Shown: piece by piece, positions 62,346 through 64,000 of the stretch | Numbering within the stretch: position 1 is the first letter of the stretch | Layout: each line of letters begins with the position of its first letter | Assembly (NCBI GenBank): GCA_003971905.1 | Contig: RSEE01000033.1 | Location: 310,001 to 374,000, forward strand | Source: Moniliella sp. 'wahieum' | Lineage: Eukaryota | DNA: 64,000 nt | Direction: 5' to 3' | Position numbers and translations under genes: made by a program | Notes under the pieces: generated by a model | Database searches by the model: none | What the model saw: the letters and a program-made list of their open reading frames with translations, nothing else | What the model was told of the DNA's origin: nothing

Positions 62346-62884
62346 GATTTCCCAGCCTGCCCCGATGTCGCGTCTACCGAATAGTGTAGCGTTCTGACTG
62401 ACCTTCATGCCGCGCAGATTGGGCTTCTCAACCTCCACTCGTTCACTGACCTAGGGCGCCACTCTAGTAAGTTTCTTCTCTATGATTACGGTACTGATCC
62501 ATCGCCCACTGCATCTAGTGCTTTCCAACATATGCTTGCCTGTGTGACTTGAGATAATTGCTCAACATGAAATAGCTTGTATCCAAGCCTTCTCCACCCC
62601 ATAGAGCCGACATCGGATGGCATGACGAGGATCCCCAGCGCACGCGAACCGAAAATCTGCGCGTGCGTGTGTACAAAAGCGAATGCGTTGAAGCAAGGTC
62701 TCTGTCACACCCAAGTCACACTAATCACTAGCGGCTTAAAGCTTAAAGCTAGCCAGTTGGGGCGTCTGACGTAATACATTTGGCAGTCTCGCGATGCAGG
62801 TCGCCAACTCGTGAGATCAGGGATGCGGCGGTTTTTCAGAGACGCGTTGCATCCACCACCCCTTTTGCTCTCTCGAGCAGTCCG

Positions 62885-63411
62885 ATGCCAACACAACGTC
62901 GGCGCCCAAATCCTCTCCATTGGCTGTATACAACAGCGGTGGTGCTGGTCCTCTCCTTTGTATCTCCCGTTTTTTCCGCCGCGTGCTCAGGCACCTACAC
63001 GGTTCAAGACAACGACACGTGCAACTCGATTGGGTACCAGACTTACACATCAACGTACCAGCTCATTGCGCTCAACATCGAGAACACTGGAGCAAGCTGC
63101 GAACAGCTGGAGACTGGCATGGTAGGTTGCCTCCCTTTCCATCACTTCCTTCCAGCGAATGCTCATATTGACCCGCTTTTCGGCGACGCAGGTGTTGTGT
63201 CTGGGTGTTTGGGTCCGACTGCCAGGTGGTGCATCAAGTCGGTGAGGACGAAACATGCACCTCGATCGCCGCCGATTTTGGCACTACTCCGGGCTTGATT
63301 GAAGCGAACAATCCAACGATGGGAGGTTGCACCAACATGTACCCCGGCCTCATGGTCTGCGTGGCACCGGGCCTTATGCACCCGCCCCCTCCGGCTGAGT
63401 TGGGACTTTAA
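62885..63411 (+). CDS. Small secreted protein with two LysM domains; intron 63122-63191
   Basis: Signal peptide ending VFSA; CSGTYTVQDNDTCNSI..N..C..L..G; CQVVHQVGEDETCTSIA..ANNP..CTNMYPGLMVCV. Confidence 0.88.
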
Positions 63412-63607
63412 CCCCTGGGATCGCCCCTCGTTTTTGTCCCTATTCTTCAGGCTTTCCTTTCTTAGAGGCTGGTCCTCGACACTCTCTGGCCTTGATCTCC
63501 TACCCCGTGGTGCTTGATACCCTTTTATTGGCCCAACCAAATGCACCTCCCTTTCGGTTGGCTCAGCCGCCTCGGCTCTGCCAAGTCGATGGATAGGATA
63601 CGCTTCA

Positions 63608-63974
63608 TGTCAGAGGGTTACAGCCGATAACATTTTGCATAGTCGGTCCAGACCGACACGTCCAATATCCAGAAGGATGGGTCAAATGCCCTGTCCCTAT
63701 CCAGACACAAGACGAAGCAGTTGGGCGGCCAAGACGAGCACGCAGCTCTAAACACGGGTAATGAATGATGAAATACTCTCAGACCCCACGCGCCACCACC
63801 TGTTCGGAAGCTGAGAGAACCAAAGGCGGTGAGAGCCCTTGGACCCGAGTGTGTCGTTTTCCATCTCAACGTTCAACCCGGTCGGAAGATTAAACCAGTT
63901 ACTAATGGGGAGGCCCCCGACGCCGGTCGGTCCCACATATCTTGAACCCCCCCCCCCCCCCCCAATCTGTGACA
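63608..63974. mobile_element. Possible LTR (367 bp) without a target-site duplication
   Basis: Termini TGTCAGAG...CTGTGACA (7/8 inverted match), with a long C-run next to the end as in the 25144 LTR; flanks CTTCA/CAAGC do not match. Confidence 0.4.
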
Positions 63975-64000
63975 CAAGCATGGTCCTGCTGTCGCCACTA

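Larger units (their letters stand above)
61700..62560 (+). ncRNA. Non-coding host gene of the snR190-U14 snoRNA cluster (ends approximate)
   Basis: Introns 61765-61968, 62026-62417 and 62467-62518 with canonical donors, CTGAC/CTGAT branch sites and acceptors; exons lack an ORF. Confidence 0.8.

Overview
Gene-dense, GC-rich eukaryotic DNA from a basidiomycete fungus, probably Ustilaginomycotina (judged from GT-AG introns with CTRAC branch points, intron-containing tRNAs and gene content). It holds about 24 protein-coding genes: RPS16, pyridoxal kinase, NUDIX hydrolase, Mpe1, PDI-like, RTA1, OSH, GPD1, a Sel1/Chs4-like protein, RPL17/RPL25, Sfh5, a USP, Vip1+Ssp120, a coiled-coil protein, Rho4, Fzo1, Sps19, Rax2, a PIN-like transporter, EGD1, POS5, a UbcH7-like E2 and a LysM protein. 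There are also three tRNAs, two non-coding snoRNA host genes and a solo LTR with a 5-bp target-site duplication. Most conserved genes carry single-base frameshifts, which most likely reflect an unpolished long-read assembly. The most notable observations are: (i) a recurring promoter architecture of in-phase 7-bp units (T-N-A plus a variable, often palindromic 4-mer); (ii) a U14 snoRNA whose Y-domain is expanded to about 210 nt; (iii) a probable intron-within-an-intron carrying a dual-guide snoRNA; (iv) an apparent in-frame Vip1-Ssp120 fusion. All assignments come from motif recognition by eye; no searches were run.
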